Source of the DNA: Squalus acanthias
Lineage: Eukaryota
Length of the DNA: 64,000 bases
Assembly: GCA_030390025.1 (NCBI GenBank)
Contig: CM059431.1
Span: 133,178,001 to 133,242,000 of the forward strand
Direction: 5' to 3'
The translations under genes and the position numbers were made by a program. Positions 25,755-37,011 of this stretch are shown one piece after another. Under the pieces are notes generated by a model. The model saw nothing but the letters and a program-made list of their open reading frames with translations. It did no database searches and was not told where the DNA came from. The stretch's first letter is position 1. Every line of letters begins with the position of its first letter.

Positions 25755-26962
25755 CTAAGCGAATCTGGCAAAGATTAGTGCATCCCTTGCATCACGGGCA
25801 GCAATGAGCTCGCGTGCTGCTGGAGCTGGCGCATCCGCCTCCGCAAGGTCTTCCTCCTCCTCCTCCTCCTCCTCATCTGAGGAGGCTATGCGCTGAGCCA
25901 CTTGTCCCTCAGGCAGCTGGAAGCCACGATGCTGTGTGATGTTGTGCAGTGCACAGCAGACCACGATGATTCTGGAGACCCTGGCTGCTGAGTACTGTAG
26001 GGCTCCACCTGATCTGTCAAGGCATCTGAATTGCATTTTGAGCAAGCCGATGGTTTGCTCGATGATGGCTCTGGTGGAAACATGGCTGGCATTGTAGCGC
26101 TCCTCTGCTTCGTTTGATGGCCTCCTCAACGGCGTCATTAGCCACGTCTTCAGGGGATAGCCCTTGTCTCCAAGTAGCCATCTGGAAAGTTGGGTTGGCG
26201 GATTGAAGAGCGGAGGCACAGTAGACTGCCACAGGATGAACGAGTCATGGCAACTGCCAGGGTACTTTGCGCAAACATGCATAATGTCCTTCCTGTGGTT
26301 ACACATCAGCTGGACGTTAACGGAGTGGAAGCCCTTGCGTTTGACAAATACAGCTGGGCTGTGATGGGGTGCCCTAATGGCCACATGTGTGCAGTCTACG
26401 ACGTCCTGCACCCTTGGCAAGCCTGCCATCTTTGCAAAGCCAACCGTATGTGCGGTTACACTTGCTTCATCCATGGAGAAGTGGATGTAATTGTGCGCCT
26501 TTGCAAAGAGGGCATCGGTAACCTGCGTGATGCAAGTGTGTGCGGCCGACTGGGAGATGCCGCTGATGAGCCCTGGAAGGAACCTGAAGCAAACAAATTG
26601 AGGGCGGTGGTTACTTTGACAGCCACTGGTAAGGGGTGTCCACCTGCTCCTCTTGGCTCCAGGTGTTGGTGCAGCATTGCGCAGATGTCAGCGACTACCT
26701 CTCGCGAAAGTCTCAGCCTCCTTTGGCACTGCTGCTCAGTCATGTTGAGGAAGCGCATCCTCGGCCTGTAAACCCTGTGTTGGGGGTATCTCCTGCGGCG
26801 ACGTGCAGGCCTGCGCTGATGTCCTCTGCCCTGTGCAGCATCAGGTGGCTGAGGAGGAAGTTGGCGCTCCTGTTGTTGCTGCTGCTGTTGTTCCTGGTTC
26901 TGCTGCTGCTGCTCTTCCTCCGAATCTGAGGACCAGGATGACAGGGTATAAATGGTTCCCAT
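25755..26962 (-). pseudogene. Harbinger (HARBI1-like) DDE transposase with one frameshift near 26565
   Basis: N-terminal part has [35 protein letters not shown]. After the shift, [18 protein letters not shown] leads into ORF 25755..26474 with DCTH, YPGSCHD, GDKGYP and IEQTIGLLK. Confidence 0.9.
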
Positions 26963-27639
26963 GCTGCTGGTAGATATGTCAGTTGAGGACTAGAAGTTAT
27001 ACGCACTCAGTCAATGTGGGGAGAGGGTTTTCTCAGGAGGTCACAGTGGAGATGAATCTCAGCTTCACCACTTACAAGCTCAGTAGACCTGCAAAAAGTG
27101 TTCCAACACCTCAAAAAACAAAGTTCTGTCATCTGTAAGTCAGCCATGTTAGAGCTCTGCTTTTATGCTGGAGTTGCAGCTTTCAAGAAGTCAGGCACTT
27201 GCTGAACCCGGCACAATCAGCTAGTGTGGTTTGGGAACGGCATGGAACACGCAGAAAATGTGCAAAAATCGGAAAACCCTGTTAAAATCGGCTTATCCAG
27301 ACAGTTAACAAGCTGTTAACTGCCTTAAGGGCCTCTCGGTGGCGGGACCAATTGGGACTCCCAGAGCCGGTATTTGGCAAAGTGGCGTAGAGGCAGGTTG
27401 ACGGTGGGATCGCAACCCGCCGTCAATCAAAACGATTTTAACACTTGACCCGTCTCCAAACCCGCCTCTCAGTGCCGATAAAATTGCGGCCCTTGTGTTT
27501 AAATTCTGTGCATCACCCCACTCCCTTTGCCCCACCATAGATTTCCAGATAGAGTAATGGAGGTAAAAACCCTTTTATATCATTTAAGAAACAATTGGAA
27601 GGTACAATGGGTGAGGGAACGGAAAGCTAGGTATCATCA

Positions 27640-27990
27640 GCACACTTGTGGATGCTGATCCCAAGTTTGCAGATGATGTTACCAAGGCACAGCATAGAGA
27701 TAAGGAAGAGAAGGGGGCCAAGGATGGATCCTTGGAGGTTCCTGAGATGACAGTGCAAAGGTAGGAAGAAAAACCATTGGTATATATGTTTCAGCTGCAA
27801 TTAGATAGGCATGAGTAGAATCAAGCGAGGATAGTCCCACCAAGCTGGACAACGGAGCCTAGGCACTGGAGGCGGATGGCGTGGCCAACAACCGTGTCAA
27901 AGGCTGCAGAAAGGTCAAGGCACCAAGGTCACAGTCACAAAGAACGTTGTTCATGGTTTGGTTAGGGCTGTTTCAGTGCTGTGGAAGAGA
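27640..27990 (-). repeat. L2-like RT remnant
   Basis: Minus strand gives degenerate DLSAAFDTV and GSILGPLLFLISML motifs. Boundaries approximate. Confidence 0.45.
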
Positions 27991-29054
27991 CAGAAACATG
28001 ATTCCTATGATGGCCTCTACCTTGGTAACAAAGAAGTCCATGAGCTTCTCGCACTTTTTAGAGGTGAGGCTGGAAGGGGCTGGGGAGTGTGATTTAAGAT
28101 TGGTAGTGGAGAAAAGAAGTGGGGGGTTATTTTGGCCTCCAGGGTGATCCTGGAGTAGTGGATAGTTTGGCAGAGGAAAGTGAGGCGCGATAGAGCTTGA
28201 TGTGGTTCAGCCAGATCTGGTGATGAAAGGTTAATCCAGATATGCTCTGGCTGCTTGCACTCAACACTATCAGACTATGGCATAGGCTATAAACTACAGA
28301 ATAGGTTTATAAAAACAACATAAGAATTTACAATAAATAGAGAAGTTTACAGAACTTAGCTATGCCTCCTCGATACAAAGCTAATAAATGGCAAGACACT
28401 TTGTTAGTTCTCTCAGTAATTTTATAGATTTGGGATAGTGTCCTTAAAGTAACTTGTATGTGGGGTTTCATTGGACTCATGAGTCTCCAGCCTCCCTAGC
28501 TCAATGGCCTTAGAAGCACTGTTACAAGGCTGTCTGAGATATAAGGACCAATATTACAAATGTGCACTCCAAATGGGGAGCCTCGCCTACCAGAAGCACG
28601 ATTTTGTAAAATTGGTCCTTAGGTCTCCATCACCTTTGAAGTTCGACATGGAAGAAGGAAATCAAACAAGTATCTTTTAAAATCAAATAAATCTGCTAAT
28701 CACGTGCAGAATTAGAAACACAGAGAATGTCTGCAGACACGGGATCTACTCTCTGGAGAGTCAGTACATTCCATCCATTTGTCACTTTTGTGCAAACCCT
28801 ATTTGACTAAATTGACCCCCATGCAGAATAAAGCAAGAAGTTACCATGAAGTGCTTCTGGTAAGATCAATCTAAATAGTTTTTCCATTAACACGTATTAA
28901 GATACGTCGGTTTGTCTTTGGGAGTGGATACATTGGTTTAATGAAATGTGCATCTCTCAAACTGGATTATTCAAAAGAAGTTTCTTTAAATCAACAAAAT
29001 GCTGTAATAAAGATAGAACAAAAATATACCAACTGCAACATACTCCATTTCGTC

Positions 29055-29240
29055 ACAGTGACATAATCCGGAAGCATTGGGTCAGCTTCCACTTGTATGT
29101 GGACGACACCCAGCTCCAGCTTTCTGCCTCCTCCATTGACCCAACTGCTGCTGCGACACCCCCTAAATCTTTGCCTGACATCATGATCCAGGTGAGTCAA
29201 GATTTCCTGCAGCTCAATGTTGGCAAAAAGTCAGCCATCC
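29055..29240 (+). repeat. L2-like RT remnant
   Basis: DIIRKHWVSFHLYVDDTQLQLS..FLQLNVGK, a decayed YADD region. Confidence 0.55.
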
Positions 29241-29284
29241 TTTCGACTCTCTGCTACCGGTGTAACCTAGCATCCTGCTTGCTT

Positions 29285-30045
29285 GATGCAACACCTGCCC
29301 TTTCACCTCCTCCCTTCCCACCGTCTAGGGCCCCAAACACTCCTTCCAGGTGAAACAGCAATATACTTGTACTTCTTTCAATTTAGGATACTGTATTTGC
29401 TGCTCAGATGCGGTCTCCTCTACATTGGGGAGACCAAACGTAGATTGGGTGACCGCTTTGCGGAACACCTCCATTCAGTCGCAAGCGGGACCCTTAGTTT
29501 CTGGTCGCCTGTCACTTTAATTTCATGCTCCACTCTGAACTCGGCCTCCTACACTGTTCCAATGAAGCTCAACATAAGCTCGAGGACCAGCACCTTATCT
29601 TTCGATTAGGCACTTTACAGCCTTCCGGACTCAATATTGAGTTCAACAATTTCAGATCATAACCTCTGCCCCCATTTTGTCAGACGGCAGCTATTGATGA
29701 TTCTGCTATTCCCATTTATACCTGCTTTAGACCCATCTTTTGTTTCTTTACTTGTCCCATTACCACCCCCTTTTGCCTTGCACCATCATCCCTTTTGTCA
29801 TTCAATCTCTCCTGCTTTCCACCCTATCACAGACCTTCCCCTTTGTTCTTTCCTCCCTCCCCCCATTCCCTGCCTCTGTACTTGCTTAAAACTTGTTACA
29901 TAACATTTTCCAGTTCTGATGAAAGGTCATCAACCTGAAACATTAACTGTTTCTCTCTCCGCAAATGCTGCCTGACCTGCTGAGTATTTCCAGCATTTTC
30001 GGTTTTTATTTCAGATTTCCAGAATCCGCAATATTTTGCTTTTGT
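29285..30045 (+). mobile_element. Penelope-like retroelement 3' fragment (GIY-YIG remnant and terminal region), 13-bp TSD
   Basis: RCGLLYIGETKRRLGDRFAEHL is the GIY-YIG core. atcctgcttgctt flanks both sides (29272-29284, 30046-30058). Hammerhead motif near the 3' end. Confidence 0.85.
29911..29949 (+). ncRNA. Minimal type I hammerhead ribozyme motif (helix III mutated)
   Basis: cagtt-CTGATGA-a-aggt(catca)acct-GAAA-catt-aactg. Helix I is cagtt/aactg and helix II aggt/acct. It has ACAT instead of the ACGT palindrome of the 58939 copy. Confidence 0.7.
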
Positions 30046-31940
30046 ATCCTGCTTGCTTTGCTTATTGCTGCCTCACAAGTGTTTGGATATGGTAAATGAT
30101 GAGCCAACTAACTAGGTTTCTTTCAACTTCCCCATGGAACATTTTATCCCACTCACGGAGCACTTGTGCCTCCTATCTTAATTTCCAATGTGCAGAATGT
30201 TGCACTTATCTGTATTGAACTTCATTTGCCACTAATTAGCCCACATACAAATCCTGTTGAGGTTTCTTTGTAGAATCTTGGCTGGCTCATCTGAATCCAG
30301 ATTTTTGCCCGCTGGCCCAGTGGCATCTTCAAATTTGACTACCTTGGACTATGAATCTAAGACATATATGTATATATACACACACCAGGATTATGAGAGC
30401 TCCCTGGGGATTGCTTTCAGGCTGCGTAATGTCAACCTTCAGCTGAGCAGTTATTCTAATTTTATTTTAAATTCCAACTAAGACACTGTATATATACATT
30501 GTATAAAATGACAACATGAGGGAATTAAATCCCAAACAAAAACTTTGGCCTTATGTGATCTTTCTCATTTACAGACTTCAATCCTGCATTTCATGATCTA
30601 ATTTGAATCCTTTGATAAGCTTTCAACTTTTATTAAAAATAATCAGGCTACCCAATAGATGTGTTAATAACAGAAACATTTAACGGAGCCATAAAGACTA
30701 AAATTTCCCAGGTTTGATTCCTGGCCTGTGTTGAATGAGCGGATCTCAGCCTTGATGATGGTAGGGACATCAATGTTGACCACAGCACCTGTGGGCTAGG
30801 GAAGGGAAAATAATTCCTTACTTTGGTTGCTATGCAGTGATCTCTATTGGAAATGCTTGTGTGTGCTTATCGGATAAAGATGGAATCAGGCCTGACAGTA
30901 ATACTCCTGGTTATAGAGCCTGCTCAGACTCACAGTCAAGGCACAGACATGAATAATGGCTGCTTAAACAATGTACTTGGTGCCGAGAGCCAACCAACCC
31001 TCAGCAAAGAATCAATGCCTTCAAGAGATGATAGGAAAAAATGTTGAGATTAAAAAAATAGATTACACCCTCTTTCGAAAGATCTCTTTGGATGTCCTAC
31101 AAAACATTTTATAAGATTTTTATATGGTCCTTTCATATAAAACCATAAGTAAGGCACAGTATATCAGTGTGCTGTAGTGAGGAACTAGTTTACATAGTAT
31201 CTACTCAAATCCAATGTTGTACTAAAGAAAACACATTTGTGATACCCACTGCCAGCTGGTGGAAATGAGTTAAAAGTAAAGTTAGAATAAATTTCATGGA
31301 CAAAATAGAATTTTCCCATCCCCTACTTTCTCAAATTCCTATGACTTTATTATGTGAAGAGGTTACAATTAATCATCTAATCACTCTACTGTTCATCGTA
31401 AGTTATTAAGCTTGAGTTATTAAGCTTATTTACACATCTAGAATGTTACAAGAATTCAAGGCAATACTACATGAAATCCGGATGGACAGTTACGGGCTCC
31501 ATAAATTTCCACTGTTGTGTTGAATGGCACTAGTAGAGTCTTATATGATTTATTCCAACATCTACTCTTTTTTTAAAAAAAGGCTATTAATCCACTCTTG
31601 CATAGGTTAAAAAATACACTGTACTTCTAGACAAGCTTAAATAATGGTAGATTTACAAAGGTGTGGCAGCTGTTTCTGTTCAGTGTGTAGTGCTACATGA
31701 ATGCTAAAATCAAAATATCTATTAGCACAATCCAACTTAAATTACAATACTATACTTTTAAATATGTGCCTCTATGTTCTTGGTTGCTTATGACCAAAAA
31801 AGTTAAATAAGTCATCACATAAAACCTGGTTTGAAGATATCACTGTTGATACACACTCTCATAGCAGCATCTACAGTGCTGTTACAACACCAGTGTAGGA
31901 TCACTTATAGTACTCATTGCACTTGAAATACAAGAAATTA

Positions 31941-32114
<174 letters not shown>

Positions 32115-32559
32115 CTATAAAGTGAATCATACAATGTAACAAAGAAAGACTGACTTGCATTTATATAGCTCCTTTCACGACCACTGGATGTCCCAAAGCA
32201 CGTTACAGCCAAGGAAGTACTTTTTGAAATGTAGTCACTGTTGTAATGTAGGAAACACGGAAGCTAATTTGTGCTCAGCAAGCTCCTACAAACAGCAATG
32301 TGATAGTGACCAGATAATCTGTTTTAGTGATGTTGGTTGAGGGATAAATATTCAGAGTGATTATGTGCATTAACATCTTTTTGGCCTTCGGCACATGTGC
32401 GCCGTATCCCGGCCCCACACATGCACACTCGATCCCTCTCTGCGTATGTGTGCTGTTTACCGAAGCCGCACATGCGCAGTACCCAACAGGTGCCGCCTGC
32501 ATCACGGCTCATGCTGTCCTCGGCTCCGTGAGGAAAGGTCACTGGATCCCTTGGTGGCC

Positions 32560-32960
32560 GGGGGAAGAGAGACGGAGAAGTAGGGAAGAGAGACCATCGA
32601 AAGGGGAGAGAGAGGGATTCGGAGGGGGGAGAGAGAGGATTGGAGGGGGGAGAGAGAGAGGAGAGATAGGAGGGGGAAAGAGAGGGAGGGGTAAGAGAGG
32701 AGGGGAGAGAGAGAGGAAGGGGAGACAGACAGGAAAGGGAGAGAGAGGGGGAGGGGGAAGGGGAGAGAAAGGAGGAGGGAGAGAGAGAGAGGAAGAGAGA
32801 GGAAGAAGGGGAGAGGGAGAGAGAGGTGGGTGGAGAAAGTGGGGGAGAGGGAGAGAGCAGCGGGAGAGAGAGCAGGGGGAAGGAGGAGGAGGTCAGGAAC
32901 TCGGGGGGGGAGGGGGGGGGGAGAGAAGAGCACGGAGTGCACAGTGGGGATGGGGGAAGA
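32560..32960 (+). repeat. G/A-rich polypurine low-complexity tract
   Basis: About 400 bp of nearly pure GGA/GAG/GGG sequence. Confidence 0.9.
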
Positions 32961-33237
32961 ACGTGATCATGGTCTAAAGAAGGGGGGAATGAGAGCGAGA
33001 ATGTGATCCAGATGGCAAGACGGATCACGTTCTTCCAACCTCACCCCTTTTACACCCGCACCACGTTCTCCCTCTCCTCCCCATAGACCTAGTTGATTTC
33101 TCAGAAAGCTCGATACATGTGTGACAAGTGACATCGTTGAACTGGATGAAATCCAGAAGTCATGACACTGTCACTATTCACTTCACACCCAATAAACCTG
33201 TTAACAATCTGTGACCCCCACACAATGCCCCATCTAT

Positions 33238-33602
33238 TGGGGGGGGGGGGGGGGAGAGGGAGAGGGAAGGTCAGGAACTTGGGCGGGGGGGGGGGGGGGG
33301 GGGGGGAGAGAGATAAGGTCAGAATCTTGTCGGCGGCAGGGGAGGGGGGGGGGAGGTCAGAAACTTGTGGGTGGGGGGAGGTCAGGAACTTGGGCAGGGG
33401 GAGAAGGTCAGGAACTTGTGGGGGGGCGGGCGGGCAAGGTCAGGAACTTGGGCGGGGGGGGGGAAGGGAAGGTCAGGAACTTGGGGGTGGGGGAAAGGTC
33501 AGGAACTTGGGCAAGAGGAGAAGGTCAGAAACTTGAGGGGGGGCGGGGGAGAGGCTAGGAACCCGGGGGGTGGGAGGAAGGTTAGGAACTTGTTTGGGGG
33601 GG
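33238..33602 (+). repeat. Minisatellite with core AGGTCAGGAACTT separated by G-runs
   Basis: Roughly ten imperfect copies of aggtcaggaactt followed by variable poly-G; another copy lies at about 32890. Confidence 0.85.
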
Positions 33603-34050
33603 TGGAAGAAGCTCTTAACCCGTGAGGGTGAGCCCTATCTGTTCTATGTGAGCTCTGTTCTGTCTGGAGCCTGGCAGTCAGAATGGCTCGAATTACACTT
33701 TGCAAAGTAATTGATTACTTTCAGTAGGCAGGATCTAATTACACATTCCAGATAAACTGCTGGATGTGTCTTGTCCTCCAAGGTGACCAATCAGAAATCT
33801 GGTGTTGGAAATAAACACGACCATAAATATTGGCCAGGATACCTGGGATAACTCCCCTGTGCTTCTTTGAAATAGTGCCATGGGATCTTTTACGTCCACC
33901 TGAGAGAGCAGACGGGGCCTCGGTTTAACATCTCATCCGAAAGACGGCACCTCCGACAGTGCAGCAGTCCCTCAGTACTGCACTGGAGTGTCAGCCTAGA
34001 TTTTTGTGTTCAAGTCTCTGGAGTGGGACTTGAACCCACAACCTTCTGAG

Positions 34051-34081
<31 letters not shown>

Positions 34082-34745
34082 AGCTGACACATCATAGTAT
34101 TAATATTTTACACCAATTTAAAGAAGATCAAAAAATATTTGCAGTGCAGTTTACTTTTGGCCTTTTCACAACTATCAGAATTTGAAAAGTAATACAATTT
34201 CATTCACACCTACTCATTAAAGGTGAGGGTTTCCAGCACTGGAGAAGTGGGATTTTTTTTTCATTTTCATTACATCAAATACCCCTAGATTAGTTATAGG
34301 GACCACTGCCAATTCAGAGCTCAGTTAATTCATAAATAACACCCTACTTTAAAAAAAAATCACAATACACTTCTATCTCAGTAAAAACATTAGGACTAAA
34401 TATGGGAGCAGTTTTATGTTATGTACTCTGGTTCAGTGAATTGGATTAGAAGTGACTCCAGTACACTTCTTCAACCAATGTTCATGAAGTCTGCACTGTT
34501 CCTTTCCTTGAACTTTAGAATTCAGTTGCTGAAATGGACAGCCGACTTCTGTCCTTGGGGAAAAGGCAAGTATCCAATGTCAGAAAAACCACCAGGAATT
34601 GACTGGCTTGCTTTTATTTGAATTTTTTACATTTTGAAGTGCGATAACTAGGGATAGACTTTCCTCTACTATCCCACCTAAAAATCATGCAGGATCAGAT
34701 AGAAAGGAGCTCGCTAGAGGATCCTATCCTTCCATTTGTCACATG

Positions 34746-36544
34746 AGGCCGGAGTCGGGAGGAGCAGAGAGTGGCGGTTCAAGGCTTACCAATCTCACAG
34801 ACTGGCGGCAGCGTTCCAGAGCCACGTCACGATTCAGAAAGTGACGCGGGCAAGAGGAAGCAGCTGATTGGGTGAGTACGGCCAGGTGAGTATTTATACT
34901 ACTCTATAGTTGGACAGTTAAGGTTAATAGTTTATAAAGTTTAGAAGATCTTAATTTTGTAGTTATAGTTTCTAAGGTCTCTGTTGTGAAGCGGGGAGTG
35001 CTAGTAAACAAGGGCCCTTGAGTATAACATTTAATTGTCGTGTAATTGGTGGTATTGATTTGATTTAATTTAATTTAAATTAAATTAATTAAAGGGTAAG
35101 TCATGGCAGCACAGCTCGGCCCCGTGGTATGCTCCTCCTGCGCTATGTGGGAAATCAGGGACACTTCCTGTGTCCCTGACGACCATGTGTGCAGGAAGTG
35201 TATCCAGCTGCAGCTACTGGCAGACCGCATTGCTGCGAATGGATGCATACTGGAGCATTCGCGATGCTGAGGACGTCGTGGATATCACGTTTAATGAGTT
35301 GGTCACACCGCAGGTAAAGACAGCACAGGCAGGAAGGGAATAGGTGACCACCAGGCAGAGTAGTAGGCACAGGCAGGTAGCGGGCACAGGCAGGTAGCGC
35401 AGGGGTCCCCTGTGGCTATCCCCCTCTCAAACAGATTTACCACTTTGGATATTGTTGAGGGGGATGGCTTATCGGGGGAAGGCAGCAGCAACCAACTTCC
35501 TGGCACTATGGGTGGTTCTGCTGCACAGGAGGGGAGGAAAAACAGCGGGAGAGCTATAGTGATAGGGGATTCCATTGTAAGGAGAATAGATAGGCATTTC
35601 TGCGGCCGCAAACGAGACTCCAGGATGGTATGTTGCCTCCCTGATGCAAGGGTCAAGGATGTCTCGGAGTGGCTGCAGGGCATTCTGGAGGGGGCGGGTG
35701 AACAGCCAGTTGTCGTGGTGCATATAGGTAAAAAACGGGATGAGGTCCTAAAAGCTGAATATAGGGAGTTAGGAGGTAAATTAAAAAATAGGACCTCAAA
35801 GGTAGTAATCTCAGGATTGCTACCAGTGCCATGTACTAGTCAGAGTAGAAATAGAAGGATATTTCAGATGAATACGTGGCTAGAAGAATGGTGCAAGGGG
35901 GAGGGATTCAAATTCCTGGGACATTGGAACCGGTTCTGGGGGAGGTGGGACCAGTACAAAATGGACGGTTTGTACCTGGGCAGGACCGGGACCGAAGTCC
36001 TAGGGGGAGTGTTTGCTAGTGCTGTTGGGGAGGGTTTAAACTAAAATGGCAGGGGGTTGGGAACCTGTGCAGGGAGACAGAGGAAAGGGAAGCAAGGATA
36101 GAAACACAAGACAAGACAGGAAGGAGAAAAGTAAAACTGGAAGGCAGAGAAATCAAGGGTGTAAATCAAACATGGCCACAGTAAACAATAATTCTAAATG
36201 GTCTAAGAGTGTTAAAAAAACAAGCCTGAAGGCTCTGTGTCTTAATGCGAGGAGCATTTGTAATAAGGTGGATGAATTAGCTGCGCAAATAGATGTAAAC
36301 GGATATGATATAATTGGGATTACGGAGACATGGCTCCAGGGTGACCAAGGCTGGGAATTCAACATCCAGGGGTATTCAATATTCAGGAAGGACAGGCAAA
36401 AAGGAAAAGGAGGATCAAGGGATATGGGGAGAAAGCAGGGACAGGGTACTGAATTTGGATGATCAGCCATGATCGCATTGAATGGCGGAGCAGGCTCGAG
36501 GGGCCGAATGGCCTACTCCGGCTCCTATCTTCTATGTTTCTATG
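34746..36544 (+). mobile_element. CR1-type LINE with 5' UTR, ORF1 and 3' tail but a large internal ORF2 deletion
   Basis: ORF1 starts at ATG 35103 (CxxC..CxxC finger), then SGNH-esterase-like VIGDSIVR..CLPDARV..DGLYL..GEGLN* ending 36044. ORF2 start (LNARSI, ITETWL) jumps near 36413 straight to the 3' end with a TTCTATG tail. Confidence 0.88.
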
Positions 36545-37011
36545 TGGGACCATTCCCACCGCTACCCTGAACCTACTGCCATGGTTTATCTGACAGTTCC
36601 AGAAAGTGATGGGAACAGGAGCAGACGAGAGGGAAAAGGCGTCAAAATGGGGCGGTGACGCCTACTACTGCCTCACTGTCCCAACCTCAATTTCCTTTCC
36701 CCAGCCCCCGCTGCTGCCTGCTCCAACCCCATCCACCACATGCAAATGCTGGAGGGTGAAGGCTTGGGTTCCCAGTCCATTTCCCTCTCATCTGCTCCTG
36801 TTCCCATCACTTCCTGAAATTGTCAGGTAAACCATGGCGCTAGGTCAAGGCTAGCTGTGGGAATGGTCCCACATGTGACAAATGGAGGGATCGGATCCTC
36901 TAGAGACCTCCTTTCATCCGATCGCTTCCCTGATAAAGTCCAGGATGGGATAAAGTCCTGCTCTGACCTTTATAGGGCAGGACTAGGAATGTCCATATGA
37001 TGGTATGCTTC

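Larger units (their letters stand above)
23290..27491. mobile_element. Full-length PIF/Harbinger DNA transposon (about 4.2 kb), CTT TSD
   Basis: TIRs GGCTGCGATTTTATC / GATAAAATTGCGGCC with ctt on both flanks. Contains convergent Myb/SANT-like (+) and DDE nuclease (-) genes. Confidence 0.92.
32150..34089 (-). mobile_element. DeuSINE-type tRNA-derived SINE split by an insertion (pieces about 32150-32352 and 33823-34089)
   Basis: Minus-strand head has A box TGGCTCAGTGG and B box GGTTCAAGTCC, followed by a Deu-like core gtactgaggga..gcactgtcggaggtgccgtctttcggatgag. The halves rejoin at a duplicated ataaatatt. Confidence 0.75.

Noticed and set aside
25755..26474. Possible domesticated host gene HARBI1
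   Set aside because: It lies between TIRs with a TSD, is paired with a Myb gene and is frameshifted, so it is a transposon copy. The same applies to 52591-53214.
32324..33028. Long ORFs of 234 aa and 206 aa
   Set aside because: They arise from the GA-rich low-complexity tract (Ser/Pro/Leu or Gly/Arg/Glu runs), with no domain signal.
33238..33602. Repeat-spacer appearance resembling a CRISPR array
   Set aside because: The spacers are G-runs rather than unique sequences, the core is only about 13 bp, there are no cas genes, and the context is eukaryotic.
34018..34089. tRNA gene
   Set aside because: A and B boxes are present, but the sequence is the head of a SINE and I could not fold a proper cloverleaf.
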